Shown: positions 27,788 through 36,513 of the stretch, piece by piece | How the letters are laid out: each line of letters starts with the position of its first letter | How positions within the stretch are numbered: the stretch's first letter is position 1 | From: a virus | Taxonomy: Duplodnaviria > Caudoviricetes | Length of the DNA: 64,000 nt | Reading direction: 5' to 3' (one strand) | Virus record (IMG/VR): IMGVR_UViG_3300036951_000320 | Span: 8,446-72,445 of that record | Program-made: the position numbers and the translations under genes | The notes under the pieces: model-generated | What the model was told of the DNA's origin: nothing | The model's input: the letters and a program-made list of their open reading frames with translations, nothing else | Databases searched by the model: none

Positions 27788-28195
27788 ATGGGGCAAGTAC
27801 AGCTTCAAGGCGCGTTGATCGGTGGGCCCCCAAGCGGTGGTGAAGTTTTCCCGGCTGCGCTTTTCAACGTGCCGCTGAAGCTTCGCACGGACCCGAAGGG
27901 GTTCGGGGCAGCAACGGGAATTTTGCAACGCACGATCACGAGTGCGGTTGCGTATGTTCAGCTTGCGGATGTGGGGGCGAATGGAACGGTGACGCAAGCA
28001 AACACGCTTTATCTGAAAAGCGCGGGTCCGATTGACGTTAGGCTTACGTGCGACGATGGAGTAGGTGGCAACGTCGTGTCGGAATATCAGCAAGATGGAA
28101 TGTCATTGCTTGAATTCTCCGACGTGAAATTTTTGAAGATGGTCGAGGTGCGCGGAAGCGCGCAAATTGAATTTTTTGCGAGCGGAACGCGATAA
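27788..28195 (+). CDS. Putative virion structural protein
   Basis: 135-aa beta-rich ORF. Confidence 0.6.
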   Translation: MGQVQLQGALIGGPPSGGEVFPAALFNVPLKLRTDPKGFGAATGILQRTITSAVAYVQLADVGANGTVTQANTLYLKSAGPIDVRLTCDDGVGGNVVSEYQQDGMSLLEFSDVKFLKMVEVRGSAQIEFFASGTR

Positions 28196-28211
28196 TGGAG
28201 GAAGAAGAACC

Positions 28212-28874
28212 ATGGCAACAAAAGATGCTTTTGATAGGGCAAACCCGAACACGATCGCGGATCTGTTTCGCAAGGCGAAGATCGGGAAAGTGCTTCGTGG
28301 TCAAATCCCGCAAGTGATTCGGGCAAACACTCCGGTTGCGGATGATGGGGTCGATTCAACGTTGTTTGCATGTATGCTCCCGAATGATGCGAAGGCATCG
28401 GCGATTCTTCGTGCGTATGCGCGATCGGGCGTAGGCACGCCCGGTGAGCTAACGATCGTTCTCCCGAACGTTGTTCCGGCTGCTTCGGAGATTGCCGTTG
28501 CCCCTAATGGTGACATTGTGACGCTTGCGGCGGACGCATGGGAAAGCCTTGACGTGACCTATGTTCCCGAACGTGGGGATGTGGTGGAATATACGGCAAC
28601 GGTAGATTCGGATGCGATTGCGCTTCCTTCGCATATTACAGATCGCGGTGTCATTTATTTGTTGGACGCGCTAGTTACGACGGGCGCTCCGGCGGGTCGA
28701 AAAGAAATCGTCGCCCCCGGGACGGCACCGGCGGCGGGTCAAGCTGCACTCGATGATGCGAAAGAGATTGTCAATTTTGCAGCGGGTGAAGCGACGGAAG
28801 CGACTTTGCGGTTGCTTATTGTTGCTGCTGACGATTTAGGATCGTTGCTCGAATCGGGTGAAACGACGATCTAA
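28212..28874 (+). CDS. Putative head decoration/structural protein
   Basis: GGAGG RBS; beta-rich; upstream of the scaffold. Confidence 0.6.
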   Translation: MATKDAFDRANPNTIADLFRKAKIGKVLRGQIPQVIRANTPVADDGVDSTLFACMLPNDAKASAILRAYARSGVGTPGELTIVLPNVVPAASEIAVAPNGDIVTLAADAWESLDVTYVPERGDVVEYTATVDSDAIALPSHITDRGVIYLLDALVTTGAPAGRKEIVAPGTAPAAGQAALDDAKEIVNFAAGEATEATLRLLIVAADDLGSLLESGETTI

Positions 28875-28910
28875 CGATGAACCGTGCGGGAGGCACGGGG
28901 AGGAATAACA

Positions 28911-29774
28911 ATGACAGATTCAGAGCAACAAACCGGCACGACGGTGCCGACCACGAATTTCGTCGGTTCATCGACCGGCCAACGGATAGGCACCGATGAA
29001 CCGACCCCACAAGCGCACATAACAACCCAACCTAATCCCCCACAACCGGCGGATAATTCTTCGCCAACGAATGAACGGCGGCGAACCATGGCGGGGGACT
29101 TACCACCGGAGGCGCTGTCGGAACGGCTTGCACGTGAACGCAAGGCGGAACGCGAACGGGTGCTTCGAGAGTTAGGGATCGAAGACCCGTCGAAATACAA
29201 ATCGGAACGTGAAGAGTTAGCGAAGCTTCGCTCGGAACGAGAAAAAGCGGAACGGGCGAAGCTGACGCGTGAGCAAGCCTTACAAGCGGATCTAGCGAAG
29301 GAACGCGCGCAACGTGAATCAATCGAAGCGCAGCTTCGAGAATCCCAAACCGCGCGTGTATATGATCGGCAAGAAACGCAAATTCAATCCATTGTCGGAA
29401 GGCATATACTTCCGTCGCGATATAAGTATGCACGAACGGATTTCATTGAATACCTTTCCGGGCTCTCGAAGCGACAAATAGCACGCCTCACTGAACGCGA
29501 TATTGATCGATGGTTCGCACGGTTCGCAAAGGACAACCCCGACTTTGCGATTGCACGCCCCGAGGAACCCCCCGAAGAAACGAAACCCAAATCTTCAACG
29601 CGAAAGCCGGTGAATTCTTCACCGTCGGCTGCAAAGCCGGCCCCTCCCCCGGCGGCAACGAACACCGATCCATCGGTGGTAGATGGGAAAACGTTTCGCC
29701 CCGGTCAACCAAATTCGATGAATAAGCATGAAGTTAAACAAGCGATGAAACGGCTTGGACTTCGCGGGTGGTGA
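28911..29774 (+). CDS. Capsid scaffolding protein
   Basis: Low-complexity N-terminus, long charged coiled coil (ERLARERKAERE...), Pro-rich C-terminus; upstream of the MCP. Confidence 0.75.
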   Translation: MTDSEQQTGTTVPTTNFVGSSTGQRIGTDEPTPQAHITTQPNPPQPADNSSPTNERRRTMAGDLPPEALSERLARERKAERERVLRELGIEDPSKYKSEREELAKLRSEREKAERAKLTREQALQADLAKERAQRESIEAQLRESQTARVYDRQETQIQSIVGRHILPSRYKYARTDFIEYLSGLSKRQIARLTERDIDRWFARFAKDNPDFAIARPEEPPEETKPKSSTRKPVNSSPSAAKPAPPPAATNTDPSVVDGKTFRPGQPNSMNKHEVKQAMKRLGLRGW

Positions 29775-29775
29775 T

Positions 29776-30141
29776 ATGAGTGCGGCACGACATACGATTT
29801 CAAATGGCGGAGCGGTTCTAAATGTAGACTCCGCACCGAACACGATTGCGCCTCCCCCGGAGCGAATATTTACGATTCCAAAATCGCCAACCGGCATTCA
29901 AGGGATTTGGTTAGGTGCTGAAAATGGAACCCCGGATTGCGAGTTATGGTGCAAGGTAACGCCTAACAAATGGCTTGCACTATCAACCGCAAGCTTCGGT
30001 GGGGGCACTACCTTTTCATTGTCTTCGGATGCGGCAATTCCTTTGACAATAGGGCTTGCGATTGTTGACGTGCCGTGTTTCGTGCGTGTAATGGTTCCCA
30101 ACGGGGCAACCGCAATTCATGTCGGGACATCGAACACTTAG
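29776..30141 (+). CDS. Hypothetical structural protein
   Basis: 121-aa beta-rich ORF. Confidence 0.55.
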   Translation: MSAARHTISNGGAVLNVDSAPNTIAPPPERIFTIPKSPTGIQGIWLGAENGTPDCELWCKVTPNKWLALSTASFGGGTTFSLSSDAAIPLTIGLAIVDVPCFVRVMVPNGATAIHVGTSNT

Positions 30142-30155
30142 CATTCGGGCGTTGC

Positions 30156-30175
30156 ACGGAAACACGTGTTTCCGT
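30156..30175. promoter_or_regulatory. 20-bp perfect palindrome (copy 4), before the capsid promoter
   Basis: Exact match. Confidence 0.8.
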
Positions 30176-30180
30176 CGGAC

Positions 30181-30210
30181 TTGACTCCCCCCGTTTTCAC
30201 GGTGCATTCT
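30181..30210 (+). promoter_or_regulatory. Promoter TTGACT-N18-CATTCT for the major capsid gene
   Basis: Boxes 5 nt downstream of the 20-bp palindrome; about 130-nt leader to the GGAGG RBS. Confidence 0.5.
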
Positions 30211-30344
30211 TCATATAAACCAAGCGGCAAGCGGCGGCACTTACGCGGCCCCCGGCGGAATAAACAGGGTGGATCAAGCCAAACCGCAAGCACGCAACGA
30301 GCGCAAATGCTCTCGAAGGATGCACACACAATGGAGGCTTGATC

Positions 30345-31739
30345 ATGTCTGGATCATTAGTTTTAGGGGTTCCCCCTGCAATTCTAAACCTTGTTCAGCA
30401 AGGCTTACTTGAAAGGGCGTTCCATGATGGGCTCTTCCCGGCGCTCATGTATCGGAGCGAAGCATCGGCGGAGGAATGGGGAGCGAATACAGGCACCGAA
30501 ATTTTCATGAGCCGCCCCGGGCTTCTCCGCCCGATCGTGAAGCCTCTTGCGGCGGGTGTTGACCCCACCCCGCAAACGGTGAGTTTTGAACAATGGGTAG
30601 CTCGGCTCGCACGGTACGCGGGGACGATCGACACGCACATTCCGACGAGCGTCGTCGCGAACGCCGATCTGTTCCTGCGCAACATTCATCAGCTAGGTTT
30701 ACAAGCCGGTCAATCATTGAACCGAATTCCTCGGAATGAGCTTTTCAAAAGCTATCTTTCGGGGCACACGGTAACGATTGCTGCAGCGGGCGCGCCAGAT
30801 ACGACAATCCGCGTGGCGGCATTGAATGGGTTTATTGACGTTGTTATTCCCGGTGCGCAAGTTAGGCCGGCAAGTGTCTCGCCGGCTACCCCTCTTGCTA
30901 TCACGATCGCGGGTGTGGGGGTTCGCAATGTTATTGGATACACCCCGGATGATCCCGATGATCCATTTGGACCCGGAACGCTCTTGCTCGACGCGGCGAT
31001 CGGTGGTGGTGGTATTGCGGCACGAACCCCCGTGCTTTCGTCGCAACGTCCAATGATCATTCGTTCGGGCGGTGGAACGTCGGTTGACGCGATCGGCGGC
31101 GGCGATACGTTCGTTTTGCAAGACCTGATCAACGCGGTGAACAAGCTTAGGAAACAGAATGTCCAACCGCACGAAGACGGCTACTATCACGCGCACATTT
31201 CGACGGACGCGAATTCGCAAGTCTTCGCGGATCCGGCATTCCAGCGCTTGAACACGGCGCTTCCCGATCATACGTACTACCAGGAAGCGTTCATCGGGAC
31301 GATCGCCGGGTGCGCGTGCTTCCTGAACACAGAATCCCCCGATTATGGGAACGCTGGCGATCGTGTTGCGACGGGTGCCGGTGGTTCGTTCTATTCGTGC
31401 GATATAGGCGCTGAAACAACGAACGATTCGGGGATCAATATCGGACGCGTGATCGTTACGGGGCGAGGTGCGCTTGTTGAAAAATACCTCGATGAAAAGG
31501 CATACGTGACGGAGGCGGGCATCACGGGCAAAGTCGGCGAATTCACGGTGGTGAACGCTGGCGTAGAAGTGCAGACAGAGCGGGTGCGGTTGATCCTTCG
31601 TGCTCCGCTTAACCGACTCCAAGACGTGGTGGCGGCTTCGTGGTCGATCACAACGTCGTTTCCGATTCCGTCGGATATTTCGAGCGGTGGCCCTGAACGC
31701 TACAAGCGGGCGATCGTTGTCGAACACGCGTTAGACTAA
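30345..31739 (+). CDS. Major capsid protein
   Basis: After the scaffold; HK97-fold-like features (GLLERAFHDGL...AGQSLNRI...DLINAVNKLRKQNV...YHAHIS...GTIAGCACF). Confidence 0.85.
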   Translation: MSGSLVLGVPPAILNLVQQGLLERAFHDGLFPALMYRSEASAEEWGANTGTEIFMSRPGLLRPIVKPLAAGVDPTPQTVSFEQWVARLARYAGTIDTHIPTSVVANADLFLRNIHQLGLQAGQSLNRIPRNELFKSYLSGHTVTIAAAGAPDTTIRVAALNGFIDVVIPGAQVRPASVSPATPLAITIAGVGVRNVIGYTPDDPDDPFGPGTLLLDAAIGGGGIAARTPVLSSQRPMIIRSGGGTSVDAIGGGDTFVLQDLINAVNKLRKQNVQPHEDGYYHAHISTDANSQVFADPAFQRLNTALPDHTYYQEAFIGTIAGCACFLNTESPDYGNAGDRVATGAGGSFYSCDIGAETTNDSGINIGRVIVTGRGALVEKYLDEKAYVTEAGITGKVGEFTVVNAGVEVQTERVRLILRAPLNRLQDVVAASWSITTSFPIPSDISSGGPERYKRAIVVEHALD

Positions 31740-31831
31740 TGCGTGACCCCCTCTTCATCCTTCACATAATTTTCACCATGTAATAGTGGCGTTCGTTTGC
31801 AGCGCGAACGCCTCCGGTTTATCTTCATCGG

Positions 31832-32428
31832 GTGACACCGAATGGTCTTCGAACATGGGCGCTTTACGATGGCGGGAAGTTTCGCGACTTTCCGGACGCA
31901 TACCAACAAACCGTCTATACGTGCGGCCCGGCTACGCTTCGATCTGCTCTCGCGTGGTATGGACACGAGGTGGACGAAGCAACGCTTGCCGATGAATTAG
32001 ACACAACCCCACAAGACGGAACCACGATTGCAAACATGGTAAAGGTTGCGCGTGCATACGGGGTCGATGCGGAGGCACGCGAACATTTGACAATCGCGGA
32101 TCTTGAATCGGCAATTGCACGAGGTGACGTTGTGATCGTCGTGCTTCAAGCGTGGAAGAATTCCGGCCCCCCGGTGGGGGGATACACGAACGAATGGAAC
32201 GAGGGGCACTACGTTATTCCAGTAGCGATCGATCGCGATGCAATTTTATTCGAGGATCCGGCGGTGGTGGGATCTCGTGTATATCTCACAACCGCCGAAT
32301 TCATGGATCGGTGGCACGATATAGACACGGGACACAAATTGCATCATGCGGGGATATTGCTTCATGGTGTCGTGACGGGGATCGTTGCATCTTCCCCGAC
32401 ACTTGGGGAACCCGTTTCGATGCGATAG
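31832..32428 (+). CDS. Peptidase C39-like cysteine protease
   Basis: YQQTVYTCGPATL...GTT...GHYVI...FEDP (Q, C, H, D catalytic set). Confidence 0.85.
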   Translation: MTPNGLRTWALYDGGKFRDFPDAYQQTVYTCGPATLRSALAWYGHEVDEATLADELDTTPQDGTTIANMVKVARAYGVDAEAREHLTIADLESAIARGDVVIVVLQAWKNSGPPVGGYTNEWNEGHYVIPVAIDRDAILFEDPAVVGSRVYLTTAEFMDRWHDIDTGHKLHHAGILLHGVVTGIVASSPTLGEPVSMR

Positions 32429-32473
32429 ACAACGGGGGCTCATGATGCCAGCATAAACACGGGAGGTTTGATC

Positions 32474-32809
32474 ATGAGAAAACTACAAAGCACTGATACA
32501 CGAAAAGAAGATGAAAATGTTCAAGTGTTAGATTCCGGCCCTATCCCCGAAGTGACACTTGAACTACCGGGTGCATCCGACGTGGTAGGTGATGCAACGA
32601 TTCGAAATGCCGCCCCGGAAACCCCGCCTCCCCCCATGCGGTGGTTTCGCGTTGTCAAAGGTGGGTACGTATTAGACAACGGATTTCGAACCATGTTGAA
32701 GCCGGGCAAGGAAATCAACGATCTGAACTACACGATCCGTAACTTGCAACGGCAAGGGATCGTGCTCGAAGAGATCACGGCGGCGGATCGCACGTCGCCG
32801 ATCATGTGA
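32474..32809 (+). CDS. Hypothetical head-region protein
   Basis: GGGAGG RBS; 111 aa. Confidence 0.6.
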   Translation: MRKLQSTDTRKEDENVQVLDSGPIPEVTLELPGASDVVGDATIRNAAPETPPPPMRWFRVVKGGYVLDNGFRTMLKPGKEINDLNYTIRNLQRQGIVLEEITAADRTSPIM

Positions 32810-32826
32810 CGTGAAGGGGGTTCGCG

Positions 32827-33219
32827 GTGCCTTTGACGGAACAAGAGCGGGTCAAGATACGTCATCATTTGGGCTACCTGAACGTGGCGGAGGCTCAAAC
32901 CTTCGTGTTCGGAACCCCCGCATCATTTGAGCCCCAATTTCTCGTTGAAGGTGCGATGAATCGCGTTCTCGATGCTGCGCTCCCCGAGGTGCGACGCCAT
33001 ATCGCGATCCTCGATCAAATCGAAGAGCAAATGATCGCCGACCATGAGCTTCTCGCAGTGAGCAAGGTAGGCGAGATCGACGTCCGCCCGGATGAACAAG
33101 AGGCGTTGGAAGAGCGCTATGATAGGTGGCGTCAATCGCTTGCTAACCTGCTCGGGATTTGCGCGAACCCATTCGACAAGCGTTATGGTCATGGTGTCAA
33201 CGTTCCGGTGAGGTGGTGA
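32827..33219 (+). CDS. Head-tail connector/adaptor
   Basis: MPLTEQERVKIRHHLGY; helical; position after the capsid genes. Confidence 0.7.
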   Translation: MPLTEQERVKIRHHLGYLNVAEAQTFVFGTPASFEPQFLVEGAMNRVLDAALPEVRRHIAILDQIEEQMIADHELLAVSKVGEIDVRPDEQEALEERYDRWRQSLANLLGICANPFDKRYGHGVNVPVRW

Positions 33220-33226
33220 GGTGAAC

Positions 33227-33535
33227 ATGGAACGACGTGATGCGGTGTTCTTCGGTGCGGTGATCGCCATGATGATCGCTCCGTGCGTGGTGGCATCATG
33301 CACGGGGGAACAACGTCGGATCGCGCGCGACGTGCTCGACGTGATCGAGGTGGTGTGCGCCCCTACCGACGATCGAGATTCTTGCCTCGACAAGCTTGTC
33401 GCGATGCGAGCGCGCGAGACGGGCGTGGCGGGGTCGGCGAGTGCGGCGGGGCCCGTAGCCCCTCCCCCGGCTAACGGTTCGTTTTCGGACCCTTCTAGCG
33501 CAACCCCAGCGCCTTCCGGGAGCGTTCTGCAGTGA
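33227..33535 (+). CDS. Putative lipoprotein
   Basis: Basic N-terminus, hydrophobic stretch, lipobox-like VASC, Pro/Ala-rich tail. Confidence 0.6.
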   Translation: MERRDAVFFGAVIAMMIAPCVVASCTGEQRRIARDVLDVIEVVCAPTDDRDSCLDKLVAMRARETGVAGSASAAGPVAPPPANGSFSDPSSATPAPSGSVLQ

Positions 33536-34320
33536 AGGGGTTCGGGCATCACCCGACCCCCCCGGAAGTCGTGCCATGGGGGACGCTCGGGTTCGCATCC
33601 GGCGACGGACCCGACACATGCTCGACGCTTTCCCGCTTCGTGCGACGGGGCGGAGATCAATCGGTCACGTCTTCGTGCGTGTGGTGGGCGATTGCGGGAG
33701 CACTATGGGCGACGCTTGGACTTCACGGACTCCCCCCGGTGTGGATCTCCGTGCTTGCGGGCTACTGGCTTACACGCCGGCGCACGGCGGCGGGCGGGGT
33801 GGTGCTCGATCTGGGATGCCGCCCGACGGACGCGGCGGAAGTCGTGCGCGAACCGGGGGTGATCCCGGCGGAGGCGTGGCCCTTCGTGTCTTCGAAGGTG
33901 AACGCGGAACCGGACTTCGGCGCGTTGATCATCGCTCCCGATCGTGCGTGGTTCTCCCTTCGGCGGATCGTGACGGGTGGCGAAGCGCGAAACCGAGATA
34001 TTCGGTTGGCGCTATCGGCGCCGGGAACGAGCGCGAGGTTCATCCTTCATGGACAAGCGTTGGACATGGAGGCGCAACGGTGGACCCCCGACCGTGGGCC
34101 CTACTCGCGTGACGGGCGCCCGATCGTGGGGCGCCATATTGAGTTGTGCCCGAGCTATGGACCCGACGGGCTCGATCATGTGTCATCGTGGGGAATGGCG
34201 GATCGACGCGATACATGGGGGCAAGTCGCAAGCGACGACACTTCCGATGTGTGGGCGGTTGAAATCAACGTGACGCTGGCGCTTGCGATGTTCAAGACGC
34301 TTGGGAAGGGGATCCGATGA
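33532..34320 (+). CDS. Papain-like (C1A) cysteine protease
   Basis: DQSVTSSCVWWA (Q and C), DLGC, EAWPF, GRHIELCPSYG (H), SSWG. Confidence 0.8.
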   Translation: MKGFGHHPTPPEVVPWGTLGFASGDGPDTCSTLSRFVRRGGDQSVTSSCVWWAIAGALWATLGLHGLPPVWISVLAGYWLTRRRTAAGGVVLDLGCRPTDAAEVVREPGVIPAEAWPFVSSKVNAEPDFGALIIAPDRAWFSLRRIVTGGEARNRDIRLALSAPGTSARFILHGQALDMEAQRWTPDRGPYSRDGRPIVGRHIELCPSYGPDGLDHVSSWGMADRRDTWGQVASDDTSDVWAVEINVTLALAMFKTLGKGIR

Positions 34321-34622
34321 AGCGCGGGCTTCGTTTGGTGGTGTGCGTGATGCTCGCGGCGGGGTGCTCCCCCGACCCCTACCCCCACGTTCCGGCAACG
34401 GCGAGTGCTTGTGAAGGGGCGTGCATCGTGCTTGCCACGTTCCCCGAATGCAGGGCGGAGGCGATGCCGGAAGAGCCGGGCAAGTGCGAAGCGCGATGTG
34501 AACAGATCGCGCGGCTTGGTTACGTGTGGAACACGAACACGAGCGGCCCTACGTGCATCCGGGAAGCGCGCACGCTTGAAGCGGTACGCGCGTGCAACGT
34601 CAAGTGCGAAGGGGGGCAGTAA
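34317..34622 (+). CDS. Cys-rich lipoprotein
   Basis: MKRGLRLVVCVMLAAGC lipobox; CxxxC...C...CxxxC...C...C...C. Confidence 0.7.
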   Translation: MKRGLRLVVCVMLAAGCSPDPYPHVPATASACEGACIVLATFPECRAEAMPEEPGKCEARCEQIARLGYVWNTNTSGPTCIREARTLEAVRACNVKCEGGQ

Positions 34623-35182
34623 TGCCGCGACCCCGACCGTTGACGCCTTCGGAGGCAAAGCGAACGCTCGCAAACCGGCTCGGGCTTCGGGCGGATCGCT
34701 TGCGGCAATTTTCTACCCGGTTCGGGCTCCGCTCGCGGCGTGTGTTCTTGACGTGGACGAAGTTCACGGGCGATGAACGCGGCGAAGGGCAAGAGCAAGT
34801 GCTTGCTCGGGTCGAATTGCTTCCGACCCCGAAGGTATCGGATGCCACAGGCATTATGCGGATGCCTTATTCGGCGGGTGTGCTTCCGGTGGGAACGGTT
34901 CGTGTTTCGTTGATCTCCGTCAAGTTTACCTTTGATCAACTAACAGGGCGGCGGATCCCCGGACGCTCCGACAACGTGCCGATCCCCGAGCCGATCGATT
35001 TCTTCTACGAGCTTGTCGAAGACGGGCGCGGCGATGATCCGGCGGAGCGGCAACGCTTCCGGGTGCTCGGGATCCCGTGGCTCGATGAAGGCAACGTCGG
35101 GTGGACCGTGCTACTTGAACGAAGCTCCGAAGACTTCGCGCGCAACGGGACTTCGCAGATCGGGATCGACCCCGATGATTGA
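34622..35182 (+). CDS. Head closure/stopper protein
   Basis: Position and beta-rich pattern. Confidence 0.6.
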   Translation: MPRPRPLTPSEAKRTLANRLGLRADRLRQFSTRFGLRSRRVFLTWTKFTGDERGEGQEQVLARVELLPTPKVSDATGIMRMPYSAGVLPVGTVRVSLISVKFTFDQLTGRRIPGRSDNVPIPEPIDFFYELVEDGRGDDPAERQRFRVLGIPWLDEGNVGWTVLLERSSEDFARNGTSQIGIDPDD

Positions 35183-35209
35183 CGTTCGGGGTGATGCTAT
35201 GTTGAATGC

Positions 35210-35731
35210 ATGGCAACCATTATTTTACAGCTTGAAGACGCAAAGGAATTCTTCGGGAAGAAGCTAACTAAAAAAATGGAAAAGGCTGCGCTTCGTGGGC
35301 TTTTATCGACGGCGATGAGGCTTCATCAAACGATCATCACGCAGATCATTCCGGCTCGTTCTCCGCAACCCGTGGATCGCGGCGTGTTTCGTGCGGGGTG
35401 GCGTGCGTATCTCACAACGGAAATGGGGAAGGAATGTGCGGTGATCGAAAACCGGGAGCTTCACGCGGCGTTTATTGAGCACGGCGTCCGCGCTTCGAAT
35501 GTAAAGGGGGGAAGGCGTGTGCGTGAAATTCTGGCGGAATGGGCACTCCGTAAGCATTACGTTTCGAACGAGATTGAGGCACACTCATTCGCATTTAATT
35601 TGCTTCGGAAGATGAAGCAGCGGGGGGTCTTCAACGGTGGGCAGGGGTTCGGGATATTGAAAGAGGCTACGGAGTATTACGCCCCCCAATTTTTACCTGA
35701 AGAAGTCGCACGGGAAATGGCTTCCATGTAA
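35210..35731 (+). CDS. HK97 gp10-like neck/tail completion protein
   Basis: PVDRGVFRAGW...HAAFIEHG. Confidence 0.75.
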   Translation: MATIILQLEDAKEFFGKKLTKKMEKAALRGLLSTAMRLHQTIITQIIPARSPQPVDRGVFRAGWRAYLTTEMGKECAVIENRELHAAFIEHGVRASNVKGGRRVREILAEWALRKHYVSNEIEAHSFAFNLLRKMKQRGVFNGGQGFGILKEATEYYAPQFLPEEVAREMASM

Positions 35732-35740
35732 CCTTGAAAT

Positions 35741-36460
35741 ATGGTGTTGCCTAACGAAGCACAACAATTTCTTCCCCCAACAACTACTCCGTTCGGGAGG
35801 GTGTGGCCCCCTCGTGCGGACCCCCCGACACCGGCGGTTGATGCGAGAACGTTTGCCCTTCGTCGGTTCCGTCAATTCTTGTCGTGTCTTCGTTTCAATC
35901 GGACGGAACGAGGCGATCGCGTGATCCCGTTTCAAGTGCCGATCGCGAACATATTGATCGAGCAACCGGATGACCCGAAGGTGCTGAAATTTCCAAGCAT
36001 CGCGTTCCTTCCCGGGGTGGGATCGAATGAACCGATCGGGCTTGGCCCCCCGAAAATAATGGAAGAAACTGTCGATAAATTCGGGGATGGAACCGCACTC
36101 GTGCTTGCATCTGAATTTTCAGAGGTGTTCATTGTTGAAGTATGGGCAAGCACACGGGCGGAGCGGCGTGCTCTTGTGGCGGGGATTTCCGTTGCGCTCC
36201 GTTCGGTAGAGGAAAGCTATTCAACCCGAATCATGCTCCCTGACTATTACGATCAAATTGCTGAATTTTGGCTTGTGGAAACCCGATACATCGACGACCC
36301 CGACGTGGTTCGGGGAAGGCGAAGGGCACATCTTATGGTTGGGATGCGGGTTCCAGAAGTGCATTTGACAAACATTTCTCATTCTCACGGGATTGCAACG
36401 GTGGAAGCTTTTGAGGTGGTGGTGTCATCATACGATAATTGTCGGTGCGGTTGCGGCTGA
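35741..36460 (+). CDS. Tail terminator/completion protein
   Basis: Directly before the sheath; FPSIAF...VEVWASTRAERRAL. Confidence 0.65.
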   Translation: MVLPNEAQQFLPPTTTPFGRVWPPRADPPTPAVDARTFALRRFRQFLSCLRFNRTERGDRVIPFQVPIANILIEQPDDPKVLKFPSIAFLPGVGSNEPIGLGPPKIMEETVDKFGDGTALVLASEFSEVFIVEVWASTRAERRALVAGISVALRSVEESYSTRIMLPDYYDQIAEFWLVETRYIDDPDVVRGRRRAHLMVGMRVPEVHLTNISHSHGIATVEAFEVVVSSYDNCRCGCG

Positions 36461-36513
36461 CAAGGTGGTGTGCAAGCATCGTTTCAGCAACGAACCCGAG
36501 CGGAGGCTAAGAC

